Assembly (NCBI GenBank): GCA_003971905.1
Contig: RSEE01000020.1
Location: forward strand, 186,001 to 250,000
Source of the DNA: Moniliella sp. 'wahieum'
Lineage: Eukaryota
Direction: 5' to 3'
DNA length: 64,000 bases
Part shown: piece by piece, positions 24,760 through 38,108 of the stretch
Position numbering within the stretch: position 1 is the stretch's first letter
Layout: each line of letters begins with the position of its first letter
Made by a program: the position numbers and the translations under genes
The notes under the pieces: generated by a model
The model's input: only the letters and a program-made list of their open reading frames with translations
What the model was told of the DNA's origin: nothing
The model's database searches: none

Positions 24760-25988
24760 ATGTCGACCACCGCTGGCAAGCCCATCCAATGCACCGCCGC
24801 CATTACCTGGGGTCCTGGTGAGGACGCCAAGATTGAGCAAATCACTGTTGACCCGCCGAAGGCGGACGAGGTCCGGGTCAAGGTCGAATACACCGGTGTC
24901 TGCGAAACCGACCGCTTTGGCGGCTCCGGTAAAGACCCAGAAGGTGTCTTCCCTGTTGTTCTGGGCCACGAGGGCGCTGGGATTGTCGAGTCGGTAGGCG
25001 AGAACGTGGATAATGTCAAGGTGGGTGACCATGTCATTCTTCTGTACACAGCCGAGTGCCGCAAGTGCAAGTTTTGTCTTTCGGGTAAAACAAACCTGTG
25101 CCAGGCAGTGCGGGCGACCCAGGGCCAAGGCCTGATGCCCGATCGTACTGTGCGCTTCCACGCTCAAGGTATGTTGACACCTCCCTCTCCATTTTTTGCC
25201 GCTTTACCTTAGGTACCTGGAGTGCTGATTTTTCTATGCCTGCTTTGCCAGGCAAGGACATTTTCCACTTTATGGGCTGCAGTGCCTTTAGCCAATACAC
25301 AGTCGTAAGCAAATACTCGCTTGTGGCTGTCGACCCCAAGGCGCCGATGGACAAGATCTGCCTTTTGGGATGCGGTGTCACGACCGGCTGGGGCGCTGCG
25401 GTGAAGACGGCTAAGGTTGAGGACGGCAGCACGGTTGCCGTATTTGGGATCGGATGCGTCGGCCTGGGTGTGATTGATGGGGCCGTGCACCAAAAAGCCG
25501 GGCGGATCATTGCCGTGGACATCAACCCCAAGAAAGAGGCCTGGGCCAAGAAGTTTGGTGCGACCGACTTTGTCAACTCGGCTGCCCTACCCCAAGGCAA
25601 GTCGATCACCGACTACTTGGTCGAACTCACTGACGGTGGGCTCGACTACACATTTGACTGCACGGGTAACGTAAATGTGATGCGGGCTGCGCTCGAGGCC
25701 TGCCACAAGGGCTGGGGTGTGAGCACCATCATTGGTGTGGCAGCAGCCGGGCAAGAAATCAGCACGCGCCCTTTTCAACTTGTCACAGGTCGCAAGTGGC
25801 AAGGCAGTGCCTTTGGTGGTGTCAAGGGACGTACCGAGCTTCCAGGCATGGTTGAGAAGTACCTCAACGGCACATTCAAGTTGGACGAGTACATTACCGA
25901 TTCGACCAGCATTGACAACATCAACGAGTCATTCAAGATCATGACTGGGGGCGAGGCCATCCGCTGTGTGGTGACGATGCACAAATAA
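24760..25988 (+). CDS. SFA1: S-(hydroxymethyl)glutathione dehydrogenase / class III alcohol dehydrogenase (formaldehyde dehydrogenase)
   Basis: [102 protein letters not shown]. Intron 25169-25251; frame intact. Confidence 0.93.
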
Positions 25989-26321
25989 GCCTTTGCTAGT
26001 GCCTTGCACACTTCTCTTCTGTCGCTAGCATTGCACTCATACCATTCCTTTTTGCTTATTGTAGGACTCCCCTCCCATAAGTTCCAAAACTTAGAACCTG
26101 GATAAATCTCACTGTCAGTGTTCTTTTCATCATTCGCCAAGGGGAGGTATTAATCAACGAAATATCAACAGAATAGCAGGCGAGAATAAATGCCAACGAT
26201 ACTTCGTCTTCTCTCACTCGGCTCGCCCTCCTATCATGTGTGTTGCGTAATGGAAGTATGTAGTTGAAAGGGTCCGAAAAGGGGGAGGATGCAGCAAATG
26301 TTATTCATTGGATTGGAAGAA

Positions 26322-29300
26322 TCAAGGCTTGCTCTTCGACCCCCTCGCCGGGCGCGAAGACTCCTGCGGGGTCATCGAGGAATGGCCGTTAGTATGCGTT
26401 GGATCCGTGTAGCCCTGGGGTAACCGAGCAGAGCCCGGGTTCTGTTGATTTTGGTGACTTGCCAGGGCGGCGGCACGGACTTGGGCTTCGTAGTACTGGG
26501 CATAGTAGTTGTGGTACGCGGCATTGTACGCTCCTGGCTGGGGTACACGCCATACTGATGTTGCCCAAGACCCACGGCCGAAGGAGCGACACCATACGTT
26601 TGCTCGTACCACTCGGCATAGGCTTGGTGAGACACAGGCGTATCCGCACTCCTCGTTGCCCCACCTGCCGCTGCTGGGGAGGCCAGTACGGGTGTTGGTA
26701 GAGTGTGTGCGCGACAGAGGCATGGGGAGCGAGGATTGCCACTCTGGTTCACTTTGCCGGGTCCATGCGTCCTCCCGTGTCGCCTCCCTGGCACTTTGGA
26801 GCTCGGCGAAGGAACGGGGTCGCGCACCTCCTCTGCTGGCTAAAGAGCGACGGCTCTCCTGCCCTTGTGCGTGCGAGCGTGAAATGGGGCGGAGAGGCGA
26901 CCTCAGGTGCGCTTCCGAGTCGGTGGATGAGATCGAATTCGCTGATTGCAGCTCTTCCTTCTCATGTGTCTTGCCGTGTCCGCCGTTTCGTTCCGTACTC
27001 GAGAGAGTCGACGACAAGAGTGTGTTCCTTGCCGAAGCAGTCGCGTCGGACGCTTCCGAGAGGGATCCGGGACTGTCACCAAGAGGTGTTCTGGCTGCCC
27101 CAAAGGGTTCCCCAGCACTGACGAGCATACGCGACCGGCGCGTTGCCTGCATTTCAGGTGAGGGGGACGGAGCTGTCGCTCGGGCATATTGGGCATAGGC
27201 GGGGTCGTTGTGGACACTGTACCCCCGCATACCTTGGCCGAGACGCTGTCCGGCAGTTGGCTCATCGGGGCGGTTGATTGCAGGTGATGTGTAGGGGTTT
27301 GTTTCCCGTGTCATCCTTTCGGACGAAGCAGGTACATCTGTGTCCATCGGATACGGGGACAGGGACGTCCTATTGGTCCCTGGAGGCTGCAGGTGCCCAT
27401 AGCTGGCAGGGGCAGTGTAAGGGAACGATTGACGAGTAGCCTGATGGTCAGGTAGACCAATTCCCGACAATCCCAGACCAGCGTACTCTGTTCGAGGCTG
27501 TTCCGCCAGCGTGTCTGCATGTGAGGGAGAGGCAGAGTAGACCGAAGCGTCGGAAGGAGAAGGCGGAGCCAAAGGGCTCTGGAACATGGGGGATGATGTA
27601 GGGACAGCGGAATACCCCTTCATGTCCAGACCTCCAAACGATCGGGGAGGCTCGTGCAGTGTCATAGCTGGTGACGCTTGGTAGCTGGACAAGTCTTTCG
27701 AGTGTTGCTGGGGCGAGTCGAGGCTGAAATTCGAGCTGTACTCCAACATGGCAGGCGCCTCCTTAGGGAGTGTATCGTCATCGCCCATTGGACCAATGGT
27801 AGCTGCGCTGGCGGTAGAAGAACGTTTGGCAGCCCCCGTTTTGGTGAAGGTAGGTGTATCTTCGCTGTGCCCGTATTCGTAGCTGTAGCCATAGCCTGCG
27901 TCCAGGATCTTTGTCTCCCTAGACGCAGTCTTGTTGGTCTGAGGGGCTGAGGGATCCACGGAGCCAGCGGAATCATTCGCGAAACGCACCCTTGGTCGAT
28001 CGGAGGCGGCATTCTCCAGAAGGGGAGGGGGAAGAAGCCAACAATCCTTCTCGACTGGGTGTCATTTCGCTTTGGTACCCTTCAACGCCTCGACCAGCTC
28101 CTAATCCAGATGCCAACTCAGCAGCCTTGGTGGCGATAGAGCTGGGCTTGCTTGTCTGCATATCCGCCATGTCCCGGTGGACCTTCGAATTGCCCCGCTT
28201 TTTGCGTACACAGAACAATGCCAATATGCCCGCACAGATGGTGAGGATGGCGAGGCCAACTCCCCCTCCAACAGCAATCACGATAACATCCGCCATACTC
28301 AAATGGTTGGCGTTACCGTTGCCAACTGTTCCGGTGAAGCCGGCCCCCTTGTGGTTTTTATCGGTTGAATTGCCCGAACCAAGGGAGGTCCCGAATTTGG
28401 AGCAAAGCGAGGGATGGCCATCGTCCGCGCCGAGTACCACGTTCAGGTTCGCCACCACGACGGAGGAGTCAGGTACAGTGATCGAAAGGGAACCATCGTC
28501 GCCAACCTGAAGCGACTTCTGTTGGGTTGAAGAAGTTGTGTTTACCAGGTTGGGGCTGCCGTCCCCACTGGACTCATACTCCATACCGTTCCAGGTGGTT
28601 GGTGGTGCTGGCGGCGTAGGCAGCATTCAAAGAGGAAACGAAAAAGGTCTTTCCCTTGTAGTACGGTAAGGACAGGTTAAATGTAACTGTGGGCGCACTT
28701 TGGCGACGGTGTTTCCGCGTTCAAGAAAGAATGTGAATGAGAGCGGCGCTGGGGCGGTGCGTAAGTCGCATTTGGCCCGAAAGGGTTCGTGTTCAAAAGC
28801 ACCACGGCCTGAAGGGTGTTATGACGATACACTCCATAAGCAGCCAGGCGCGTAGTGTAGGAGTCAGGCACTCCGGTAAGGGGGATGGCAGCGAAATTGG
28901 TGTTGCACCCTGTTCCTAGAAGCTGCGCCAGTGCGGCAAATGCGTAATAGGATGAACGGACATGGGGGCCCACGCCATTTTGCTCGTTGGGTTGCCAGGG
29001 AGAGCCATAGGAGTTGTCGGTCATGTGGATCTGCGTGCTGGCAACGCCGACGGTGGAAGCAAAGAGAGAAGTAGTTCATTGTCCATAGTGTATTAGCTTG
29101 CGAGCCATCAAGTCAGTATGATACGCCTGAACAGGTTGGACCGCGTCTCAACGTACCGAAGGTATCGCTAATGCCTTGTATGCCTGTCGGACCCACCGAC
29201 CCCATTTCTCGCACAAAGTAAGGCTTTCCAGAGGCGTTAGCCTGTTTGGCTTGATTGGTCCACTCCGTGTACTGTTGAGTCATAGCTGGCAAACTCAGCA

Positions 29301-30260
29301 ATCGGTCGATGGTCAAGTTCCAATTCGACACTCCTACATAGTCTGATAGAGGGATGAAGACGGGTCAGTTCATATGCTGCATACGGCAAGAAAAAGAAAA
29401 CGTACAAAGTAGTCGTGCTGGGACCAGCCCTTGAGGTAGGCCATTGTCGGTGGCAACACCAGTCCTCATCAAATCGATGATGCGGTAGGCGTGACCGGTC
29501 TTGGTTGCCGTTGTGGCAGTGCTCGCTGCCTCAAACATGTCTGTTGGCAAGCCCTTGGGCTTGAGCACTTGTTTGTAAACCGCATCGGCACGGAAAAACC
29601 ACTCGCTGCCGTAGTCCGCCGTTGTCCAGGAACTGTTACGATACTTGTTCACGATATACAGATCCGGTTCGTTTCCCACTTCGAGTGAATGAATCTGCAC
29701 ATTTTTGATGTAAGCGAAAAGAGACTGCGCTTGGGCAACAATGCGAGTCAGCGCGTCTTGGTTGTTGTACGCCAGGTTGAGGCCAAAAGTGATGGGCGTG
29801 TTCTTGGGGAAATTATCGAGAGCAGTGTAATAGCCAGGACCGTAGGTCCAGCTGTCGGTTTTGCTGCCTGGATTGCCTTGCCTGTGGCATTGGGGTTAGG
29901 AACGATTCCAAGTGACGTATTGGTCCCATCGTAGAGCATATTGTCGCCCGAGTTGCCCCCGACACGAATATGGGGTGGAATGCCCATATAGTTGGCAATA
30001 TTGGTCAAGAGCTGGTTGGAGAGACGGTTGGGTGTGGTGATGCCGGTGAAAGAAAGTGAAAGAAAGTAGGTTGCTGGGCTCAATACCCACGCCCATGTAG
30101 GTTCCATCAAGCACAGTCGACACACCATTGCCCATTCCGCCGATGGGTTCGAAGGCGAGAGCGAAACCTGGGCCTGAGCTGGGGCGGTGAGGAGAAGCGT
30201 GTTGACGACCGCAGCGGCGGTGGCAGCCAGGGTAAGGCACCGACGGCGGCGGAAACGCAT
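26322..30260 (-). CDS. Glycoside hydrolase family 79-like type I membrane protein with long cytosolic tail
   Basis: Signal peptide (..LLLTAPAQA|Q); GVGIEPSNL; PHIRVGGNSGD; acid/base LEVGNEPDLY; nucleophile YFVREMGSVG..GISDTFG; TM VIVIAVGGGVGLAILTICAGILALFCV followed by RKKR; S/P-rich tail (ORF 26322..27989). Several introns. Confidence 0.82.
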
Positions 30261-33200
30261 TTGTCGCGGAGAATGGGAGTGGAAACTCCCTTGTTGGTGT
30301 CAAAAGAGGGTGGGGGGGGGGGGAGTGGGGGAGGGGAAGGTGCGCAGGGGAGATGGATGGGGAGAAGGGAAGAGAGAGAAAGTGGCGGCAGGACACGATC
30401 GCTGTGATCGCTGATCGTGATGGCGTGCATCATTAATCATTCCTGATGTGGGAATGGTGCTCGCAGCGTCTCGTGCTGCCTCTGTCCTGGTTGGTTGTCG
30501 CAGATTGCATTCCAGCTCCGGAAAAGGCCAGGGCACTCAAGGGGCCACCACGGCGGCCCAGAGACAGAGCAAGACAGAAACCCTAACATACCCCCCTTTC
30601 CCAGGCAGATGCTCGCGGACAGGGCCCATATCCTTGCTAGGCGATGAGCCGCTGAGCGGCGGAGCGCTGACGCATGACGCGGGTGCCTGAGTCGGCAGCG
30701 ATCAATGATGCAATTGCGTGGTGCCTGAGCAAGAGCGCGCTGATCGCGCCGATCAGCTGCCAGAACGGAGAGGCAGGAGTGCAGTGCCACATGCAAGTGG
30801 CACCCTGTCCATGTCTATGTCTGACAGGCGCAGTCCCAACCCAGACGGCATGCAGCGCATTGCACAGCAAAGTGCTTCGGCTGCAGCTGGGCGTGCAGCG
30901 GCACGCGCTCTGCCGACGTCTTTCCCCGCTGGCTTGGTAGCGGCAGCGCTTGGCCGAACGGCACCACGCCACACTGGCCCGAAGCTGGTCGCTGATCCTC
31001 CGCCCTCGCTGCACGGGGTTGCACATTGGCTGCCCTGAGGCTTTTGGCCTGTGGCTTGAGGGCCTGAGGCTGCCGGTAGGCAGCGGTGTGTCTGTTCGGG
31101 ACCTGCATGGGACTTGCGGACTTGCATGGCACCTGGCAGATCCATGCCGCGCCAGCGTGTCCAGGGTCCAGCAGGGCACAGCCAAGCAGGACTGCATCGT
31201 CCAAGCGCTGTTTCCCCACACTGTACGCTCCGCCGCCCCGGCACCTCCCCACACAGGCGAGAACTGAGCGCAGGAGGGTTAATGCGCTAAGGGTTACACG
31301 TCAACCACTGGACGCTGCCATCTCGATAGCTATTACAGTAGAGGTGACTTGGAGTTACATGGGCATCGCACCCATCCCTTGCCGGGACTGGCAATATAGT
31401 ACGTTTTTCCATGCTGATCCAACATGCCTGGTGATACATGTTGCTGAGCTGGGCGCTGGGCGCTGGAGCCCAATGGGATCTGAGATCTCACTGAGATCTG
31501 AGTTCTGATAGTCGATAGAGCTTAGAGGCTCTCTTGCGAAATGCTCTGACATGCTCTCCTCTTTTGGTCGCTGGCTGGACCGAACGTTGGCCACATCCGA
31601 GATCTGACCTGCACATCGGCTATTTTATTCTGCGCACCACACCTCCCACAGAGAGCCTCAGCCTCTCTGGTTGTGGCCATTGCTGAGAGAGACTCAGCGC
31701 TTGGTAGAAATGTGTATAGATGCTGGTCGATTATCGTCGCGTCGATGAAGCTTGAAGCTTGAAGCATCAGACCGTTCATTGATTATTGTTTGTGTGCCTT
31801 TTTGGTGCCCCCAACACACAAGACATGTGGCTATTGATGGTTAACATGACTGTGTGGTTGCGTGGTACCATTAATACTGTTTTGACTTTGAATATTGTTT
31901 TTGTCAGCGCGTAAGCAGATCTGACAATCACATTCCTTCCACACTCTGTTATCCGACTCTCCCTTATGTTCTGCCCCTGACGGGCTCCTCTTCTGGAATA
32001 GATTAACCATCATCTGCTCCCTTGCATAGTTTTGTTCGTACACCAACTTCAGAAGCTTGAGGCACAGCTTAAGATCAACTATATTGCATTACTCATGTGC
32101 CAGAGCTCAAACCCAGCAATCAGTCAATGTTACTGATATGTGCTTTGAGAAGTAACTTAACGTGCGTGTTGAGCCAGTTGGCAAGACACAATGTTGGTCT
32201 AGGGAGCCGGACGGGCAGAAGGAGATGAGAAGGTGATGGATTATCGATTAGAGCCAAAGTTGGGTCTGGATACAGAGGCATCGATCCAGGAGGCCCGACT
32301 AGGCACAGGGCCAGTGAGTCAACAGGAGAGAGTGCAGGGCACAGGGACAGTGACAAGCTGGGACACCAGCGTGGAAGCCGATGGAACCAAGACGAACCTG
32401 GTCTACCGACTGGGAGCCGGAGGATCACATTCATCACAGACAGTCAATACACAATCGAAAATACCCCAGATTTTTAAAAGGATCCGATGCTTCTCCACAT
32501 GCACTCTCTTCTACGGGCTTAGCGGATCTAAGGCCGGCTCTTCCTAACATGGCGTTCTTCTGACAGTTCTTTACTGTATATGCCGGGGCCTCAGGTCGCA
32601 GAGGATGGGTGCGTAACGCGTAATTTCTAATGGTTGTATGATTTCGTTGCCACCACAAAGCTGGCCCGCCATAAAAGACTTCTCGGTACAGTTCGTAGTC
32701 ACAGTTTATATATGCCGACTTCTTGGCAGTCAGTATACTGTCATCGCCCCCCTCATGCCAGTCCTCATGGCTCACATGCCTATCAACACACCGACGCTCA
32801 CTTGTGTCCACAACCGGACTCCACCCGGATCGGAAAGCAAAGGAGCCAGAGAGGTTCGGAGCTTCTCGCGACACCATTGGCGTCCTGATTGGATGGGCAC
32901 GAGCCAACCGAGCTGTATAACAGAAGAGTATTTCATGCCGGATGAGCAAGCGGCTGGTATAGCTTCTTTATTCCTTTTATCTGGAGTGTTGCAAATGCTA
33001 TTAGTACACAGCGCTGTCGTGAGGTCGATTACAGGGAGAGCAATAGGCCCCACGAGTATTATGATCTATCGACCAGATACTTGCCGTGGTAGGATTTGAT
33101 CACTTAACGGTGTATATCAGATCGCGGTTTCGTGGGTAGATGTACATGCGATAGAAGCATAGACTTGTGAGATACATGACAACCAAACCGAAACGTAGAG

Positions 33201-33281
33201 GAATGGCCGGGTAGAATGGGGGTGCCACGAGAATGGAAACAGGAGGGGATGGGATGGGGGTCAAGAGCAGAGAAAAAAACA

Positions 33282-34966
33282 TCAAAGGTACTTGTGCCAG
33301 CGGGAGCGAAGAACAAAGAGGGAGTAAAGTGGCAATCAACGTGGTGACGGCCGCCACCGAGAAGGAGAGAGAGAAGCAAGCGCGGCCGGCGCGGCAGATG
33401 GCCGGCGGTGGGCCTTCCTCGAACACATCCAAATATCCCAGGGGCAGAGGCCGCTTGGCAACCGCATCGGAAACCGTGGCGTACAGCATGGGGAACCCAA
33501 ATGACCCTAAAGCACTAGCGTAAGAGAGTAGCCCCCATGAGCGACCAAATGTCGACAGGCCAAACGCTGATGCAACGATCGAAGGCACCAGCGTGAACGT
33601 GGATCCGTAAAGGAACCCCACCGCAGCTGCGAGGCAAAGCAGGCCATGAAGCGTGCTCAGTCCCACAGCGGCAAAGGTAAACATGAGCGTAAGGCTGCCT
33701 GTGGCCGCAACAAGGAGCGTTACCCGAGAAATCCTGACGCGCAAAAGAGCGTACTTGATCCGAGCGAGCGTGCCCTCGGGAACCTCTCGCTCTCCTCCAC
33801 TGCCCGTGCAGGGCTCACGGCATCGGCTACTACACCGGCCAACAGGCGGGATGCTGTGTTGGTCATGGCAAGAAGAGAGATGACGCGAGAGCGCCAGCGA
33901 AGCTCGTCGCGTGCCACCCGGGCACGTCCGCCAAATCGCCAGGTTGGTCTTGTGGGGGTAAAGGGCAGCGACCATGGACCCCACATTTGACATGACCATC
34001 TCTCCAGCACCCACTGCTGTAACGAGGATGAGGGCCAAAATCCAAACCGAGGGAGAGAAGATGAAGTCACGCAAACTCTCCGAGCGCGGTGTGAGCATTG
34101 ACGTGCTAGACCGCACACCATCCACTTGCCCCTGCTGAATCGAGCATGGAGCTCTCCGGGTCAGAAATCGAGTTGTTCCCTGGATTCGAAATGGAAGAGA
34201 CAAGAGGCGTCCGTTCGTTCGCCTCGTCACCTTGCGCAGCAAGCCGGGCTTGTTCAGCGGCAGCCGAGCCCGAGCTTGATTGCTCGTGCCGCACCCCTTG
34301 CCCATGCGCTTGCTTGGTCTCCTGCTCGTCCACCTTTGGAGCTGAGAGCATGCCCCAGGCAGCAATCACGTTGGATCCGCCCAATACCACAGCAAGGAAG
34401 GTAAGGAAGCGGGTGGTGTCCAGGTCAGGTGTTGTTGTCGACAAAGAACCGCTCGCCGACGGCAGTGAGGAACATGGAGCTCAAACTGAAGAGCGTAAGG
34501 GGAAGAGCAATTGCCAGACCAGGCTGTTGGGGCCAGACTCGCGTAGCTGCAGTCATGGATCCAAAATACGCCGCTCCCACACCGGCGCCAACAAGAGCAA
34601 AACACATGCCGAGGTAGATTGTCGGCCCCAACCCCAGTGGCGCCCGAACCACCGACGCACCGATGCCATCTCCGCCCTGGGCCGGTGCACGTTGTGCCAT
34701 CAGGCTGTACCCCAGGCCAAAGAGCACACTCGCGCCGACGTTAGTGGAGCAGGACCAAATTGGTCGGCAACAGCGCCCCAACCAGCTGCGCTCAGATATT
34801 CGCCTAGCACGGTGGCGGACCAGAGGATGTTAGTCTGCTTGAGATCCAGGGCAAAGTCCGCCATGAGGGAAGGGCCGATGAGGGGGAAGCAAAACAAGCT
34901 ACCCGCTGTCAACGCATTGATCGCGACGCTGGCAATGACCAGCGCTCGACGGGGTTGGGTCAACAT
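33282..34966 (-). CDS. MFS transporter, MCH1/nodulin-like family
   Basis: INALTAGSLFCFPL; GAVADQFGP (MFS motif A-like); GLAIALPLTLFSLS; GAGEMVMSNVGSMV; SRLLAGVVAD; GFLYGSTFTLVPSIVASAFGLSTFGRSWG; ICRAGRACF; inferred end RWHKYL*. Frameshifts. Confidence 0.85.
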
Positions 34967-37816
34967 GGTGTGTTGGCCGGGGGATGCAAGTTGGAAGTGC
35001 CGAGAGGGCTGCAATATGTGTGTAGGTCACGCCGCTGGCCGTGGGTGCGGGTGGAGCACGTGGTGGTGGTGAGGACGATGGGAGATTGAGAGGGAGAGGG
35101 CAGCGGTTGTTGCTCGCTGGGCACGCCACCTGGGCGGAGGGTCTGGGGGGAGTGGACAGGGGGGCTGATTAGGATACTGTGCTGCATGCTATACAGGGGC
35201 ATTGTGGTTACCGGCGGCTACCGGTGGGATCTGAGACCAATCAACGTTGCCCGGATCTTCTTCCGCTATCTAAGATCTAATCGCAGCCTGACAGGCAGAC
35301 AGACGTCACACTGGCGCCATGCGGTACACGTGACCATTCCTTGATTCCCTCCTCGTGGCAAACTGGGTTCCATCTGGGATCTCACATGCGCATGATCGAT
35401 GTCGATGACATCCCAGCCACGGTCGAATCGGGCGAAGAGTGCCCCCCGTGCGGCGCTCAGGCCCTCCGGTTGAGCCGTGTCGTGTATCATGTCATCGATC
35501 TCATCGATCATTCATCATGCGTCTGCCTCAGGACCTCGTGCTCACGCCTCCACGTGGCCGATGTGCGTCCTCTGCTGATGGTGAAACCGATAACGTGTAG
35601 TAACGCGAACGCGTATAACGCGTAGCCGCCGCCTGACTGTGGCCGACGCGACAAATCAATATAGCAATCACTGCACACTCCCGCCATCGCCGCTCCACGC
35701 CCCTCTGTTCTCCAACATCAATCATGACGTCATCAATCATATTGGGCGAATGGCAATGACCGGACAGCATATATTTGCACACGCTCCACATCATAGACAG
35801 AGAGGCGTTTTCACCTTTATAAACAGCCTGTGTTGTCCTTCAGCTGTGTTTCGTCTAACACGACCTTAATGCTCAACTTGAAGTATGAGCAAATCAACCG
35901 GGGGCCGTGTTCAGGCAAAGCAGGTTCATCATCATCAACCTCATCGGCCTCATTCATCATCATTAATCATTGCCAGATTATCCCGCGGTTACTATATAGC
36001 TTTCCTGCCCATTCTGGCTGTGAGTGAGAGGTTTGTGCTATAGTGACCGTGGGCAGACCAATGGAGAGAGCTCAGTTAAAATACTAGGATCTGAGGCCTG
36101 ATGGGGAAAGCAAAAGGACGGACCTTTTGGCCCAAAACGCACGAGGAATGTTACGGGCCGCGTCGGATCCAAGATGGTCTGATCCTAGCTAAGGCCCGCC
36201 TGCTCTGCACCAACCCAGTGGAGCGCGCCCCCAAGCCCAACCAAGTTTGACGATGGTTGGTTGTACCCTGTACGTGGTCCGAGTTGCCATGCGTACGCGC
36301 GACAGTAGTCGCTCCCGCCCAAGTCCAAGTCGGTGGTCAAAACGAGACCACCAAGTATTCAGTATCTTTGCGACGTCCGTCGCCCGTCACCACTTATTTT
36401 CCTTTCTCGATCGCGCCTGCGGCGATCAACCCCTCTTTTGACGTGCCTTTCTTTCTACACCCCTTTGTGTCTGTTTCCCCTTTTTCGATTAAGCCTGTAC
36501 CCCCGGTGGGTGGGGGATCTTTTCCTCCACCCTCCATTTCGTCCCTTTCCCGCCTATCCTGTCCGACTCCTGCCCGTTTCCAGCCAATTGATCCAGTACA
36601 GGCAGCTCTTCTTGTTAGCGTCCGACTTCTCCTCCGACCTCGTCCTCCAGCCCCTCGTCAACCCCATCGCGCGAGCCCTCCTTTGGCCGCGGCGATTCCC
36701 AGTCTCAGTTAAGGCAGTGTTTGTCCGCCGCTGCCTCCTCCCGTCCCTAAGTCCCGGAGGCTTCAGACACGTTACTACGGCCCAAGCCGGTGCAGACGCA
36801 GCCTTGCCACACGTGCAGCCGCCCCACCAAAGGCCTCTCCTCGTCCCTAGCTCCGCTCGGATACACCAACCAGCCCAAGCCCGAAACTACCGTGAGTCGT
36901 CCTTCCGTCTCCTAAGGGATTGTACCCCAAGAACCTGGGTGAGCCCCCTGGCGGGGCCCGCCCGTGACAAGGAAAGCGCGTGAAACGGGCCGTATATTTA
37001 GGGCCTACTACTGAAAGTGATGGGGAAAGTTGCGGTGGCAATGGGGTGATGGGTTCCTTCCATTGCTGGGATGCATTTCTCTCTCCCAAGCGGGGAGACC
37101 GAGGGCAGAGACTGAGGTGACAAGGGGCAAATTTCGAAATGATCAAGACTCGTCTCCACAACGGTGCACAATGCGAGTAGCAAGTCTACAGATGTTCAAC
37201 AAACCCACCTTGTTTAAGTATTGGAGGCCACCGCTTGCAACCAGTTTCTCGTCCAGCTACTAACCCAGAAAAAAGGCTTACAGTCCACGGCTGTGACCCC
37301 GGGTGACAAGCGCCGCCAGTCTTGGGCTACTTAGGTTTTGACTATGGTCAGATCTTTGACGTTTTGCCCACTGCGCCCCAACCTATTCATCTGTGATTTG
37401 CTTTGCTGCCTCCTTAGAGAAGGCTGGCAGGCCTCGTAAAGGGCGGGGAGCAGATGGATCCTTCAGATACTGACCTGGCCACTGGGGTAACGGCCGAGAT
37501 CTCCGGCACGCAATCGGGTTAGAGCGCTGTTACGGTTCACATATCAGTATTAGGGAACATATACTCTTGGTACGTGGCAGTACGAGAGTCGAGACGTCCG
37601 ACATATCAACTCTGGATAATCTCCTTTTATGACAGAGAAAGAGGAAGACAAGCAGTTAGAAACCCCCAATTCACCATCGTACAGCTTTTGAGTAGAGCCG
37701 AAATACTACCCTTTCAGGAAGTGGCATTTTTTCAGGCCAACACTCCCTCTGATAGGATCCCGAAGAGATAACAGTATAAAACGATCAGAGAAGTCCTAAG
37801 CATTGACCTCCCACGT

Positions 37817-38012
37817 TGTCAGAATCACACTGTGCTAGGGGGCCCTTGCCCACTAGGCCCGTATGGGCACTATGGCGTGATTCCTATCAGTTGGGAGATC
37901 CTGTGTCCACCTCTCGACTGTGCCCCCTTCCTGAGGAGGTCATATACCTCCTCTGCGTCCATAGATGTATGCAATCCATCTGCACCCTTTCCCCCATCTC
38001 CGTCTCCTGACA
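37817..38012. mobile_element. Solo LTR (196 bp)
   Basis: Begins TGTCAG, ends CTGACA (6-bp terminal inverted repeat, TG...CA). Flanked by identical 5-bp CACGT (37812-37816 and 38013-38017), a target-site duplication. Confidence 0.75.
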
Positions 38013-38108
38013 CACGTCGTCTCATTGGGGTCCGTCGAGACTCCGTACATATGAAATTGCGTTCAGACAGGCTGTTCTAGCCGGGTTCTGCCCTTCCTAT
38101 AATGATAC

